Assembly (NCBI GenBank): GCA_963847625.1
Contig: CAWKAR010000034.1
Coordinates: 32,001-96,000, forward strand
From: a candidate division FCPU426 bacterium
Lineage (GTDB): Bacteria > Oederibacteriota > Muellerivitia > Muellerivitales > Muellerivitaceae
Length of the DNA stretch: 64,000 nt
Reading direction: 5' to 3'
Shown: one piece after another, positions 43,763 through 55,920 of the stretch
Numbering within the stretch: the first letter of the stretch is position 1
How the letters are laid out: each line of letters begins with the position of its first letter
Position numbers and translations under genes: made by a program
Notes under the pieces: generated by a model
Seen by the model: only the letters and a program-made list of their open reading frames with translations
Database searches by the model: none
Told to the model about the DNA's origin: nothing

Positions 43763-44910
43763 AGTAATTCATTGTAAGTTTTCCGGAGGGTTTTCGTGAG
43801 TTTTTTCGACGAAAACAATTCGGCGGCCCTTTTTCGCACTTTTAATCTCAGGGATTTCAAGTTTCGTTTTCGGAGCCTTTCCAATATCCCGCAAAGCTCC
43901 TCCACGGATCCGGCCGGGAAAATCATGCCGGGGTCGCCGATCACTTCAGGGATGGCCCCGCAATCGGACCCGACAGCGGGAACCCCGCAGGCCATGGCTT
44001 CCGCCAGGACATAGCCGAATTGCTCCACCCATCTCTTCGTGGGAAGACTCGGCAGGACCAGCAGGTCCCCCAGGCGGTAATACCGGGGAATCTGGCCGTA
44101 AGGGATGAAGTCCAAAAGATGAATATTCTTTTGGAGGCCATTTTTTTGGATCCAAGCGGCCGCCCCTTCCTCGTCCTTGCCGATTAAAAGAAAGTGGTAA
44201 TGGGGGCGGGACTCCGCCAGCCTTTGGGCCGCCTCTAAAAATGTGAAAACCCCCTTGCTTCGGGCCAGCCGACCCACGTAAAGCACCAGGAAGGCGTTTC
44301 CAGGGATTCCAAGGGTTTTAAGCAGGCGCGGCTCGGCCGGGCCCGGCTTGAAGAAACCGGTGTCAATGGAATTGGAAATCCTGCGGATTTTTTCCTCCGG
44401 TACGCCTTCTTCTATCAGGGCCTTTTTGGCCCCCTCCGAGACGGCAAGAAAGAGGTCGGCCTGCGCCCCGACTGCCTTTTTGATGTGCCGTTCCATAAAC
44501 TTATGCTCGTTCAAATGGGGGATGTTTTCGGCGACGGTCACCACCATTTTTGCCCCGTAGATCCGTTTGGCCAGGGCCGCCTCGTAATCAAAACAAAAGG
44601 GAAGGTCCTTGATGTGGTAGAGGTCAAAACCCTTGAGACGGTCCAGCATTCCGCAAAAAGTATGGGTGCTTCCGGTCAAGGCGTCGCGCGCGGCCTGCCA
44701 TTTCCGGCGGGTCCGCTCGAAGGAAGTTTTTCCCGCGATGGGGCACCAGAGGATTTGCCGGGGAATTTTGATGGAGGAAAGGTCGAATTGGGTCCTGTGG
44801 GGGATAAAAGCCACCAGGTCGAAATCTTTTTGGAGGGGCTCGTAGGATTGCATCTCGAATGGATTCAAGAGGGGCCCCCGCAAAAGGGCCACGCGCGGTT
44901 TTCGTTTCAA
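43750..44910 (-). CDS. Glycosyltransferase family 4
   Basis: YVGRLARSKG, EQFGYVLAEAMACG; GAGGAGG RBS before TTG 44910. Confidence 0.93.
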   Translation of the reverse strand: MKRKPRVALLRGPLLNPFEMQSYEPLQKDFDLVAFIPHRTQFDLSSIKIPRQILWCPIAGKTSFERTRRKWQAARDALTGSTHTFCGMLDRLKGFDLYHIKDLPFCFDYEAALAKRIYGAKMVVTVAENIPHLNEHKFMERHIKKAVGAQADLFLAVSEGAKKALIEEGVPEEKIRRISNSIDTGFFKPGPAEPRLLKTLGIPGNAFLVLYVGRLARSKGVFTFLEAAQRLAESRPHYHFLLIGKDEEGAAAWIQKNGLQKNIHLLDFIPYGQIPRYYRLGDLLVLPSLPTKRWVEQFGYVLAEAMACGVPAVGSDCGAIPEVIGDPGMIFPAGSVEELCGILERLRKRNLKSLRLKVRKRAAELFSSKKLTKTLRKTYNELLCKP

Positions 44911-45983
44911 CGGTTCCTCCTCAAGGATCTTTTCACCGCGCCTTCCACCAGGTCCACCGTCATGTTTTCCATGCACTTGAAATGCCCGAGGGGGCAGGAA
45001 TCCCGTCCATGGACGTGGCAGGGCCGGCAGGAAAGGCCGGCGACTTCCACCACCGTATGGGGGCCCCAGGGCTCGAAACCCAGGGAGGTCGAGGTGGAGC
45101 CGTAAAGCACGACCACCCGGCATCCCCGGCCCGAGGCCAGGTGGACGAATCCCGAATCGTTCCCGATGAAAAGGTCGCACCGTCCAAGCAGGGCGATGGA
45201 TTGTTCCAGGGAGTGTTTCTCCGGCAGGCATTCCCCCCTTTCTAGGTAGGTCCCCCGCATCCGGGCCTGGATGGCCTTGATCAGGGGTATCTCCTCCCTG
45301 CTTCCGAACCAGAGCAACTGGCACCGGTAATCCTCCACCAGGCGCGAAGCCAGCTCAGAATAACTAAGCGCGGGCCAGCGCTTGGTAAACCACCTGGCGC
45401 CCGGGGACAAACCCACCACCAAACGGGTGGATGAGATTTTATGCCGTTCCGAATATTCCCGCAGGAAACTTTGATTCGCCCTGGAGATGTGGATGTCGAA
45501 TGGCACGCGCAAGGGGGAAAGGATTCCCAGCGGTTCCAGGGCCTTGAGGTATTTCTGGATAGTATGCGGCCCCGGATTTTGGGCGATTTTACCCACCATC
45601 AACCGGCGCCTAAACTTTTCCTTGTCATAAACCAGGATCCTGGTCTTCCCAAGGAAAGAGCAAACCAGATGCGTCCTCAAGGAATCATGCAGGTCCAGGA
45701 CCAGGGTGGGCTCCAGTTTTCTCAGTTGGCTGATATGGTGCCAGAGGTCCCAAAATCCCTTGCCCTCCAGCAGGAAAATTCCATTCAAGGCCGGATTGTG
45801 TTGGACAGCCGGGGCATATTGTCTTTTAGTGGCGAAATAAACGGGAACATTCGGCCATACCTGCCGGAGCCGTTCCAATAGGGGGTTGGTCAAAGCCACG
45901 TCCCCCAGCGAGGAATAGCGCAGGACTAGAACTTTTTTCGGGATTTTTGGATCAGGGTTGATCTTCGCTTGCTTTCGTGCCAT
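44907..45983 (-). CDS. Glycosyltransferase family 9
   Basis: RYSSLGDV, PGARWFTKRWP, GNDSGFVHLA. Confidence 0.92.
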   Translation of the reverse strand: MARKQAKINPDPKIPKKVLVLRYSSLGDVALTNPLLERLRQVWPNVPVYFATKRQYAPAVQHNPALNGIFLLEGKGFWDLWHHISQLRKLEPTLVLDLHDSLRTHLVCSFLGKTRILVYDKEKFRRRLMVGKIAQNPGPHTIQKYLKALEPLGILSPLRVPFDIHISRANQSFLREYSERHKISSTRLVVGLSPGARWFTKRWPALSYSELASRLVEDYRCQLLWFGSREEIPLIKAIQARMRGTYLERGECLPEKHSLEQSIALLGRCDLFIGNDSGFVHLASGRGCRVVVLYGSTSTSLGFEPWGPHTVVEVAGLSCRPCHVHGRDSCPLGHFKCMENMTVDLVEGAVKRSLRRNR

Positions 45984-46031
45984 GGGCCTTTGCTTTAATA
46001 TTGATATATTATTTCAAACGGTTTGCATCAA

Positions 46032-47171
46032 CTAAGATTTTACATTTTCACAAGTCGTCGAGCAGGCCAAGGCGATGTTCTTCAAGACCGTGTCCCAATG
46101 GTTCTTCCCTCCGGTCACTTCCCACTTGATCCCTAAAACTAGGATGGGGATCGCCAAGTCCATTCCCTTGGGCAGCTTGACCTCGTCCTTTTCCGTCGTC
46201 ACCAGGTATTTCAGGCCCCTCAACTTGGCGTCCTCCAAAATAGCCCGCAATTTCACCTGGGTATAGGGGTAATGATCCCGCAGGGTATAAGCGTGGCGCA
46301 CCAGCACCTTGTAATCGGCCAAAGTTCGGATGAAGGAAAGGGGTGTGCCTAAGCCCGAAAAAGCTCCCACGGAAACGCGGTCCAGGGTGGAGGGCCTGAC
46401 CGTCTTGCCGGTCTTGAAGTTCCTCAAAACCAGCGGTTTATAGCGCGATTCCACGACGTAGGCCCTGGGGTTGTTCCGATGGAGAACCGTGTGGATGTCC
46501 TCCGGACTCCGGGCCAGGTTGACCTTGTTGAGGATAAAAACGTCGGCCTCCGCCAGGGCGCTGAGCGGTTCCCGGAGCAAACCTGCGGGGAGAACCCATC
46601 CCGTGCTAAAGGGATTGATGCCGTCCACCACCAGGATGTCCAGGTCCCGGTGGAACTCAAAGCGCCGCTGGAAACCGTCGTCCAGGATGATCAGGTCGGG
46701 TTTGAAATACCTAATGGCTGCCATGCCGGCGAGGTAGCGGTCCGTGCTGACCACCACTGCGGCCTTGGGTACGCTCTTGGCGATCAACACCGGCTCGTCC
46801 CCTCCCTCCTCGGGCGTGGCCAGGAGGGTTTTCCCATCCGAGACCCAAACGAGCGGCGAGGACTTGTTCAAGCGGCGGTAACCCCGGCTCAAGACGGCGA
46901 CTTTTTTCCCCTGCTCGCTGAAATGCCGGGCCAGCGCGATCACCACCGGCGTCTTTCCTGTTCCTCCGGTCGTGATGTTCCCAACGCTGACGACCGGGCA
47001 AGCCAGCCTTTTCCGCCGAAGGAAACGGGTCCGGTAGGAAGTCTTTTTTATCCACCAACCCGCCAGGAAAAAAAAGGAAAGGCCTTCCAATAGGGAAAAC
47101 ACGATAAATTCGAACCAATTCCGCTGTTTCTCATGCAGGAATTTTAAGTAGGCGCTTTCCAAGTCGATCAT
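46032..47171 (-). CDS. lpxK: Tetraacyldisaccharide 4'-kinase
   Basis: [40 protein letters not shown]. Confidence 0.96.
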   Translation of the reverse strand: MIDLESAYLKFLHEKQRNWFEFIVFSLLEGLSFFFLAGWWIKKTSYRTRFLRRKRLACPVVSVGNITTGGTGKTPVVIALARHFSEQGKKVAVLSRGYRRLNKSSPLVWVSDGKTLLATPEEGGDEPVLIAKSVPKAAVVVSTDRYLAGMAAIRYFKPDLIILDDGFQRRFEFHRDLDILVVDGINPFSTGWVLPAGLLREPLSALAEADVFILNKVNLARSPEDIHTVLHRNNPRAYVVESRYKPLVLRNFKTGKTVRPSTLDRVSVGAFSGLGTPLSFIRTLADYKVLVRHAYTLRDHYPYTQVKLRAILEDAKLRGLKYLVTTEKDEVKLPKGMDLAIPILVLGIKWEVTGGKNHWDTVLKNIALACSTTCENVKS

Positions 47172-47218
47172 AGGTCTTTCCTAAACCATTCCAGGGATTT
47201 TTCAACAACCTTTCATGG

Positions 47219-48547
47219 TTATGAAAATTGAAGCGGCCATTTTTCTAAAACCTGGTCCAACATCTTTTGCGTAGCCCCTCGCATGGCGATGACGGATCCA
47301 TAAGCCTTCCGGCCCGAATCCTTGGCTGTTTCCAGGTCGAGGAATTTTTTAAATGCCTGCGCCAATTCGCCGGCTTCTTTCAACTGGATTCCTCCGCCCG
47401 ATTGGATCAGGGCTTTCGCCGCTTCCCGCACGTTCTGGGTATAAGTCCCGAAACAAACCGGCACCGAGGATAAAGCCGGTTCCATGAGGTTGTGTCCGCC
47501 CACGGGCACCAATGTCCCCCCCACGAAAGCGGCCCGGGATAGGGCGTAAGCTAAAGATAACTCCCCCAGGGTATCCAGGACAATCACCCGCTCGCTTCCG
47601 GCGCCTTTTCCCATTTCACTTCGCAATACGCTGCTGACGCCGGAATGGTCCAATTTTTGGCGGTATACCGGGATGTTCTTCAGGTGCCGGGGCGCCACCA
47701 GCACTTTAACATCGGGGGAATATCCCAGGATCTCGGGGACCAAGGGAAGTAAAAGATCATCTTCGCCCCCCCTGAGGCTGCCGAGTGTGAATAAGATGTC
47801 CCCTTTTCCAACGTTGATTTCGTTCCGGAATTTTTCCACTCGGGCCGGATCAGGCGTCTGCAGGTCGTATTTCATCTGGCCCACGACTTGGATTCTTTTC
47901 TCCCCAACGCCAAGCTCCTGGAGCCTTTCCTGGTCCTCCCGGGTCTGGACCAGGCAGAGGTTGAAACAATTCAAAGGAGCGCGGAACAGGGCCCCGAATC
48001 TTTTATATTTCGGGAAACTGCGGTCGGACACCCGGCCGTTGATGAGTAGAAGCGGGATTCCATTGGAGCCGGTTCTTAAAAGCCAGTTGGGCCAAATTTC
48101 GGTCTCGGCGGCAAGAACCATGATGGGCCGGAGGAATGAGAAAGCCCTTTTCAGCGGGCCGCCCGAGTCCAGTGGCGCCAGGAAAACAGAATCGGCAACG
48201 CCTTTTTCCAAGGCGATTTTTTTACCGCTCTGGGAAGTGGTGGTGAGGATGATTTTAGCGGAGGGCCGGGCCTTCCGGAACGCCCGGCAAAAAGGGGTGA
48301 TGGCGTTCACTTCCCCGGTCGAGGCCGCGTGAAGCCACAGGTTGTATCCAATCGATAGTTTTTGTATTTCAGCGTCGGGGTAAAATCCAAGTCTTTCCGC
48401 CAGGGAGGAAGACCTGGCGAAAACATTCGCCAAACGGGCCATCCCGCTGATCGCACTCATGAGTAATCGGTAGAAAATAATGGCCAATGGATCGCCTTTA
48501 GAAACCGAAATGGTTGATTCAATCCACCCTTGCGGGCACTCGTTCAT
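47219..48547 (-). CDS. waaA: Kdo transferase
   Basis: WLHAASTGE, ETEIWPN, NGRVSDRS, APRH, DTLGEL, GGHNLMEP; start may be downstream. Confidence 0.95.
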   Translation of the reverse strand: MNECPQGWIESTISVSKGDPLAIIFYRLLMSAISGMARLANVFARSSSLAERLGFYPDAEIQKLSIGYNLWLHAASTGEVNAITPFCRAFRKARPSAKIILTTTSQSGKKIALEKGVADSVFLAPLDSGGPLKRAFSFLRPIMVLAAETEIWPNWLLRTGSNGIPLLLINGRVSDRSFPKYKRFGALFRAPLNCFNLCLVQTREDQERLQELGVGEKRIQVVGQMKYDLQTPDPARVEKFRNEINVGKGDILFTLGSLRGGEDDLLLPLVPEILGYSPDVKVLVAPRHLKNIPVYRQKLDHSGVSSVLRSEMGKGAGSERVIVLDTLGELSLAYALSRAAFVGGTLVPVGGHNLMEPALSSVPVCFGTYTQNVREAAKALIQSGGGIQLKEAGELAQAFKKFLDLETAKDSGRKAYGSVIAMRGATQKMLDQVLEKWPLQFS

Positions 48548-49227
48548 CTACATTCGTTCGCATCTTTTACGTTCTTTAATAAGCCGCCAAAGGATTCAAC
48601 AAAAGGATAATTATCTTTTTCTCCGCTTTCCGGTGTTTCGAATAGCAGGACCCGCATTCCCATATTTTTGGCAGTGGCCAAGTTGGAAGACCTGTCATCA
48701 ACACAGAGGCATTCCTCTGGCTTGAAACCGGCTTTTTTCAAGGCAAACTTAAAAATTCCAGGATCGGGTTTTCGAATTCCAATTTCACCGCTGACGGCCC
48801 ACCCGTCAAAATATTTTTCCAAATTGAACCTTTTTCTCAAAAGAACCGACCACTCCGCCACATCGTTGGACAGGCAATAAAGGCTGTAGCCTTCACGGTC
48901 CAGGGCCTGGAGGCCATCCACAACGCCTTCGTTAAGGACATAATTTTGAACGTAATCCCCGTCCCGGTTCCCATCCAATCCCGTTTTTTTCCAGAATTCC
49001 TGGGCCGTCATCCGCCCCAGGCTTCTGGCGATATAAAGATCCAATATTGCCTGGGCGCCGATTCCCGATCCGTTTCTTCGGCAAAAAGGGATCAACACCT
49101 CGGATACATCATCCCCCGACTGGTATAAAACCCCCATCGCGTCGATGAACAAGCATTTTATTCGCTCCAAGTTCAATCCCTGAAAACAAAATTTACCTTT
49201 ATGATTTTTAAAAGGGTAAACGACCAT
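48544..49227 (-). CDS. HAD-family phosphatase
   Basis: FIDAMGVL, LSND, RKPDPGIF, VDDR..NL..A..MG. Confidence 0.85.
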   Translation of the reverse strand: MVVYPFKNHKGKFCFQGLNLERIKCLFIDAMGVLYQSGDDVSEVLIPFCRRNGSGIGAQAILDLYIARSLGRMTAQEFWKKTGLDGNRDGDYVQNYVLNEGVVDGLQALDREGYSLYCLSNDVAEWSVLLRKRFNLEKYFDGWAVSGEIGIRKPDPGIFKFALKKAGFKPEECLCVDDRSSNLATAKNMGMRVLLFETPESGEKDNYPFVESFGGLLKNVKDANECR

Positions 49228-49259
49228 TCGTCGTTCGAAATCATGACGATTTTCCCGGA

Positions 49260-49931
49260 CTATGCCTTCGAGGAATGGTTTTTGCGGAAATAACCTTCCG
49301 CTTCCCGGGTGACCCGGTCCATCTCTTTCTGGATCTTGTCCATGTATTCCTCATCCTTCCCGCCCTCGCGGGAGATCCGGATAGGGTCGCCATAAACGAA
49401 CACCGCGCGGCTGAAGGGTTTGGGAATGATGAATCGATCCCAGCTTGTCAGCCGCCAGCAATGCTCCGCGGCGAAACCGTAGGGCACCACCGGGCAGCCC
49501 GCCTGCCGGGCGATATTGACCGCGCCCATCTTCATCTCCCGCCGGGGGCCCCTGGGCCCATCCGGCGTGATGGCGCACCGCTCGCCCCACTTCAGGCATT
49601 CCACCATCTCGAGGGAGGCTTCCTTCCCTCCCCTGGTGCTGGAGCCCCTCACCGTGTTATAGCCGAAGAATTTCCCAAGGGTGGCCACCAGTTCCCCGTC
49701 CCGGCTGGTGGAGATCATCACATGCACCCCCCGATGGCGGTGATGCCAGATGCCCATGAGGATGGTCTCGTGCCACAAGACCCAAAGGGGCGGCTCGCTC
49801 TGACTGGCTCGGGGTCCCCACTCGGGTTTTCCCGCTTCCCGGATGCGGATGGTTAAACCCAGCAGGTAAATCAGGGGCGTGGCGATGGCCAGGATCAACC
49901 AATCCAAGAGGGTCAGCCGGTAGGGGTTCAA
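49260..49931 (-). CDS. DUF374 (LpxJ-like) lipid acyltransferase
   Basis: WH, SRDGE, VRGSSTRGG, ITPDGPRGP, SWDRFIIPKPFS. Confidence 0.88.
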   Translation of the reverse strand: MNPYRLTLLDWLILAIATPLIYLLGLTIRIREAGKPEWGPRASQSEPPLWVLWHETILMGIWHHRHRGVHVMISTSRDGELVATLGKFFGYNTVRGSSTRGGKEASLEMVECLKWGERCAITPDGPRGPRREMKMGAVNIARQAGCPVVPYGFAAEHCWRLTSWDRFIIPKPFSRAVFVYGDPIRISREGGKDEEYMDKIQKEMDRVTREAEGYFRKNHSSKA

Positions 49932-51085
49932 GCCTTGCTTCCCAGGAGCATCAGTATTTCCCTTGCCGCGTTCCGGGAAGGCTGGGCTGGCCGGGAGAGG
50001 GCTTTTCGGATTTTTTGAAAGGCCTTCAACTGCTTTTCCCGGACCTGCTTCTTGTCCAGGAGCACCAGGGATTCAGCGTAAAGTTTTTCCGGTGTCGCCA
50101 TTTCCTGCAGAAGCTCGGGAACCAAGGGACTGTCCAGTAAAAGGTTGGGGAGGGAGATATATTTGAGCTTGATAAGCCTCTTGGCGAGGAAACCCGTCAA
50201 AGCGGCCACCTTGGCCACGACCACCAGGGGAATTTGAAGAAGCGCGGTTTCCAGGGTTCCGGTCCCGGATTTCACCCAGGCCAACTCGCAAATCTTCCGC
50301 AAATCCCATGCCGGGGCGTCCACGAAAATAATGGCGTCGTCCGGCGTTAAACCCGGATAGTCCGCAAACTCCAGGCCGTGGGGTTTGGGCACGATGAAAG
50401 CCGCGTCCGGATAGTCCTTTTTCAAGAGCCGTGAGGCCGCGAGAAAGAGGGGCCATATTTTTTCCACTTCTTTTTTCCGGCTTCCGGGCATGGCCGTGAT
50501 GAGGGGAAACCGGGCCGGGTCCAGCCCGTATTTCTTGAGGTCCTGGAATCGCTTCGGCGGTTTCAGGTCCATCTCCTCCAATAAAGGGTGGCCCACATGG
50601 ACCGCCTCCATGCCCCTTTCCCTGAAAAATTTTTCCTCGAAGGGCAGGATGACCAGAAGTTTCCGGATGTTTTCCCTCATGGCTTTGATGCGCCCCTCGC
50701 GCCAGGCCCAGGCCTGGGGGGCGATGTAATAGCAAACCGGCACTCCCAGGCGGTGCGCTTTTTCCGCGAGCCGCAGGTTGAACCCGGGATAATCCACGAG
50801 GACCAAAAGGTCCGGTTTTTCCTCCCGCAGCCACTTTTCGCAATTCCTGAAACGCCTCAGGCTCAAGGGAAGGTGCCTCACCACCTCCACCACGCCCATG
50901 ATGGCGTTCCGGGTCAAATCCTCCCGGACTTCCATGCCGGCCTGGGCCATCAAGGGGCCTCCCAAACCGAAAATTTTCAGTTTCTTGTTTTTGGAAAGCA
51001 ACGCCCGGATCACTCCGGCCGCGTGCATATCTCCGGAAGCCTCCCCGGCTACCATCATTATTTTTTGCCCGTCGATTCGCGCCAA
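49928..51085 (-). CDS. lpxB: Lipid-A-disaccharide synthase
   Basis: AGEASGD, VDYPGFN, PQAWAWR, VGHPL, MPGSR, KSGTGTLE, SLPN. Confidence 0.96.
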   Translation of the reverse strand: MARIDGQKIMMVAGEASGDMHAAGVIRALLSKNKKLKIFGLGGPLMAQAGMEVREDLTRNAIMGVVEVVRHLPLSLRRFRNCEKWLREEKPDLLVLVDYPGFNLRLAEKAHRLGVPVCYYIAPQAWAWREGRIKAMRENIRKLLVILPFEEKFFRERGMEAVHVGHPLLEEMDLKPPKRFQDLKKYGLDPARFPLITAMPGSRKKEVEKIWPLFLAASRLLKKDYPDAAFIVPKPHGLEFADYPGLTPDDAIIFVDAPAWDLRKICELAWVKSGTGTLETALLQIPLVVVAKVAALTGFLAKRLIKLKYISLPNLLLDSPLVPELLQEMATPEKLYAESLVLLDKKQVREKQLKAFQKIRKALSRPAQPSRNAAREILMLLGSKA

Positions 51086-51140
51086 AGAATATTCCCTATT
51101 TTAAAATTTAGAATTTGTAATCCGGCCCGTTTTCGAAGGG

Positions 51141-52256
51141 CTAGTATGCCGGGGTGTTCGGAATGATGGTAAAACGGAAATTAAAATAACCCAGGAGCGC
51201 GTAGCCCGATTGCCAACGCTCATAGGCGAGGTTGAACGCGAACAAGCCGTCGATCTGGCTGTTCAAAAGCACCGGATTCTGTGGCATGGGGAAAGGTTTC
51301 CAGATCTCGAACTTCCAATTGGTGCCGAGAAGACGCCAATCCCAACCGGTATAGAAAAGGCTCGGCGGCGCCCCCCCTTGCAGATCCTGGGGGTTGTTCG
51401 TCAGGAGGGGAAGAAACTGGGAATGATTCAGGTTTGGGGCGAAAGAACCCAAGCCGATGCTGTTGAACGCATCCTTGAACCCGTAAACATAGCCGAAGTG
51501 GACCGCGGTGTTTTTGGCGATGGACTGGCTCATGACCGTGTACACCCCTCCCATAGAATTGCCGGTGAGTTGGAAATTCTGGCTGGAGCCCCCGGTGGCC
51601 CCGGGGTTTCCGCCGTTCAAGAGAAGGGTCATCAGGAGGCCCGAGGCAAAGCCCGGAGTGGTCCTGGTCTGGTCCAGCCAACCGTACTTGACGTCGCTGG
51701 TCAAGAGCCAGAGCCGGAGGGGATTCAAGTATTGCGTCTTGGTGCCCGCGTCCTTTTCCGCGATGGAACCGATGTAATAGGAAAAACCGATGTCCCAATT
51801 CCAGCGGTCCCAATGGTCCCATCCGTTGGAATAGGCGGTGGATAACAACGCCAGCGAGGCCCTGGAAATGTTGGGAGTGTTGGTCATGGTGGGCGTGAAA
51901 GTCATGGTGGGGGATTGGGTGCCCGTCACGGTCGGAGTGAAGGTGATGGTGGGGGAAAAAGTTGCGGTCGGCGAACCCGGCGTGAAGGTATCGGTGGCGA
52001 AGGGGTCCCAGGTAAAGGTCCAGGTGGGGGTGGCGTATGGGTTCACCGTAGGGGTGGACGTTGGGGTAACTGTGGGCGTAAACACCGAATTATCCGCATT
52101 GGAGTTCGCGGGGACAGGCGTGGAAGTCCAGGTGGGAGAAGTGGAGGCCGAATTCTGGGCCCAAGCGGTAGAAGCCTGGGAAAGGAATAAAGCCGGCAGG
52201 ACTACCAGGATCAACCGTTTAGCGCAGGATGTAAACCGTGACGTTTTTCTTTCCAA
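51141..52256 (-). CDS. Exported protein with short Thr/Pro stalk and probable beta-barrel domain
   Basis: Signal peptide, TP repeats, aromatic amphipathic strands; TTG start at 52256 inferred. Confidence 0.7.
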   Translation of the reverse strand: MERKTSRFTSCAKRLILVVLPALFLSQASTAWAQNSASTSPTWTSTPVPANSNADNSVFTPTVTPTSTPTVNPYATPTWTFTWDPFATDTFTPGSPTATFSPTITFTPTVTGTQSPTMTFTPTMTNTPNISRASLALLSTAYSNGWDHWDRWNWDIGFSYYIGSIAEKDAGTKTQYLNPLRLWLLTSDVKYGWLDQTRTTPGFASGLLMTLLLNGGNPGATGGSSQNFQLTGNSMGGVYTVMSQSIAKNTAVHFGYVYGFKDAFNSIGLGSFAPNLNHSQFLPLLTNNPQDLQGGAPPSLFYTGWDWRLLGTNWKFEIWKPFPMPQNPVLLNSQIDGLFAFNLAYERWQSGYALLGYFNFRFTIIPNTPAY

Positions 52257-53058
52257 AACGTACCGCCTCTTCGTAAGTGTCGAAACAAAGGTCAATCTTG
52301 TTCCCCTTGATGGCGCCGCCCTTGTCGGCGGCAATGGCATAGCCGTAGCCCACAATATAAAGCTGTGTCTTGAGCCGGATATACCGGGGATCCACCGCCG
52401 CCACCCCGTAGCCGGCCTTGAGGCCGGAGGCGGTGTATCCGGAGGCGTAAGGCCAGGTGTCCTCCGGGCCGGGATAATACGCCGTCGCCTGCATGGTCAG
52501 CGTCTTGCTGACCCTGGCCCTTTTTTTCAAGGTATAAAGCTTTTGGTTAAGCGCGGTCCCTTCCAATACTTTAGCATCCTTCGTGGGGATCAAAACCTTC
52601 GATTTTAGGACTTTTTCAAAAGCCTCCTCTCCGTTCAGGTAAAAATCCTCGGTTTCCAACTGGGCCATCCCGTCCTTGCCCTGCTGGATATCGATGATTT
52701 CCCCGACGTTGAGGTTGTCGGCGTAGTCGGTGTGGGTGTTGTAGTGGGATTTCTTTTTAAAATCCTTCACCCGCCTTTCCACCAACCCCAGGTCGATTTC
52801 CAAGCCCTCGGTGACCGCGGCCGAGAGGGGCGGCACGACCACGTCCTGGGTCTTGAGGGGTATGTTCATCTCCCGGACGACCTCCCCCACTGTTTTCCCC
52901 GCGGTCATAACGTCGGTTTCCCGGTCGCCTTGGAAAAGGCAGACATGGAGCCGGACCCGGTGCGTTTGGTAATAAAGCCACCCCCCCGCCCCGAGAAGAG
53001 CCAATCCCATGATGATTATGACGCCCCACATGATCTTTTTCTTCATGCTCACAGCCAC
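52219..53058 (-). CDS. YabE/SpsB-like protein (TM, DUF348, G5, 3D domains)
   Basis: MQATAYY, TASG, AAVDPRYI, AADKGGAIKGNKIDL. Confidence 0.9.
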   Translation of the reverse strand: MAVSMKKKIMWGVIIIMGLALLGAGGWLYYQTHRVRLHVCLFQGDRETDVMTAGKTVGEVVREMNIPLKTQDVVVPPLSAAVTEGLEIDLGLVERRVKDFKKKSHYNTHTDYADNLNVGEIIDIQQGKDGMAQLETEDFYLNGEEAFEKVLKSKVLIPTKDAKVLEGTALNQKLYTLKKRARVSKTLTMQATAYYPGPEDTWPYASGYTASGLKAGYGVAAVDPRYIRLKTQLYIVGYGYAIAADKGGAIKGNKIDLCFDTYEEAVRFGKKNVTVYILR

Positions 53059-53159
53059 CTCGCGGTTTTAAACCGGCATTTCAAGGGTTAATTCGCAGCC
53101 AGGAGTCACCGGTATATTAAGGAAGGAACGGTCTATCCCCCGCGATACCCACACATGGA

Positions 53160-53719
53160 TCATGACTCGATGAAGTTCCTGAGGAGTGTCCTGCCCGACT
53201 CGGTCAAGATCGATTCAGGGTGGAACTGCACGCCCTCCACGGCGAGGGTCTTATGCCTCACCCCCATGATTTCCCCTTCCTCGCTCTCGGCCGTCACGGC
53301 CAGGCAATCCGGGAGGGTTTCCCTCTGGATGGCCAGGGAATGGTACCGGGTCGCTTTGAAAGGATTAGGCATTCCCTTGAAGACGCCCTTGCCGTCGTGG
53401 CTGATCCGGCTGGTCTTTCCATGCATGATTTTTTTCGCCCGGACGATTTTTCCCCCGAAGGCGTATCCGATGCTTTGGTGCCCCAGGCAGACCCCCAGGA
53501 TGGGGATTTTCCCCGAGACTTGCTGGATGACGTCCACGGACACCCCCGCTTCCTTGGGCGTGCAGGGGCCTGGCGAGAGGAGGATATGGCGGGGCCTTTT
53601 CTCCAGGATTTCCGCCACTGTGATTTCATCATTGCGGGCCACCAAGATCTCCAGGCCCATTTCGCCCAGGTACTGCACGAGGTTATAGGTGAAGGAATCG
53701 TAATTATCGATGACGAGTA

Positions 53720-53723
<4 letters not shown>
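53160..53723 (-). CDS. trpG: Anthranilate synthase component II
   Basis: [28 protein letters not shown]; coupled to trpE. Confidence 0.9.
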
Positions 53724-55285
<1,562 letters not shown>

Positions 55286-55340
55286 GGAAGAAACCCCCTT
55301 AAATTTGAATTTAAAAGTAAGCGACAGCGGTCCCAGGCTC

Positions 55341-55400
55341 TCAGGAGAGCCAAGCGGAGCGACGCCAACGGTTTAAATTCAAACCAAGAGAAGTCTTCAT
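55341..55400 (-). CDS. Candidate Trp leader peptide MKTSLGLNLNRWRRSAWLS
   Basis: 19-aa ORF; its ATG overlaps the hisI TGA; two TGG codons; ends 55 nt before trpE. Confidence 0.55.
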   Translation of the reverse strand: MKTSLGLNLNRWRRSAWLS

Positions 55401-55785
55401 TTCTTACCGTAGACCTTTTTGGGGTCGAAAACCTGGACGCCCACGTCCTTCCAGTTTTCCCCCGATAATTTGTTAAAGAAGCAGGAGCGCTTGCCGGTGT
55501 GGCAGGCCGCCCCCCGATCTGCTCTATTTTTACCAGAATTGCGTCTTTATCGCAATCGGTGAAAAGAGCCTCCACCTTCTGGATATTTCCGGATTCTTCG
55601 CCCTTTTTCCACAGTTTCTTGCGGGTCCGGCTCCAGTAGGTCATGATGTTGCCCGACTTGACCGTTTGCTCGAGCGATTCCCTGTTCGCGAAGGCGAACA
55701 TGAGGATTTCCCCGGTTTTCGAGTCCTGCACGATGACGGGAATCAAGCCGTCTTCCTGGAATTTCAAAGTGTCGATCCAGCCCAT
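55397..55785 (-). CDS. hisI: Phosphoribosyl-AMP cyclohydrolase, frameshifted at the G6 run 55510-55515
   Basis: YWSRTR..LWKKGEESG..DCDKD; one added G restores GGAACHTGKRSCFF..FDPKKVYGKK*. Confidence 0.92.
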
Positions 55786-55920
55786 GTTTCCCTCCGAAAA
55801 TAGAAAAGCGATATTAACCCAGGAAACCTCCCGAATGCAAACCTTTTAGCGGGTAGGCCCCGTCGCGGACAAGAATTTCAACACTCAAAAAGTTTTATTA
55901 ATTTATTCCAAACCTGAAAT

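Noticed and set aside
40579..45324. Long N-terminal extensions of ORFs 40579-42189 and 43750-45324 (also 56750-57712, 58665-59858)
   Set aside because: They overlap real upstream genes; downstream starts match family lengths.
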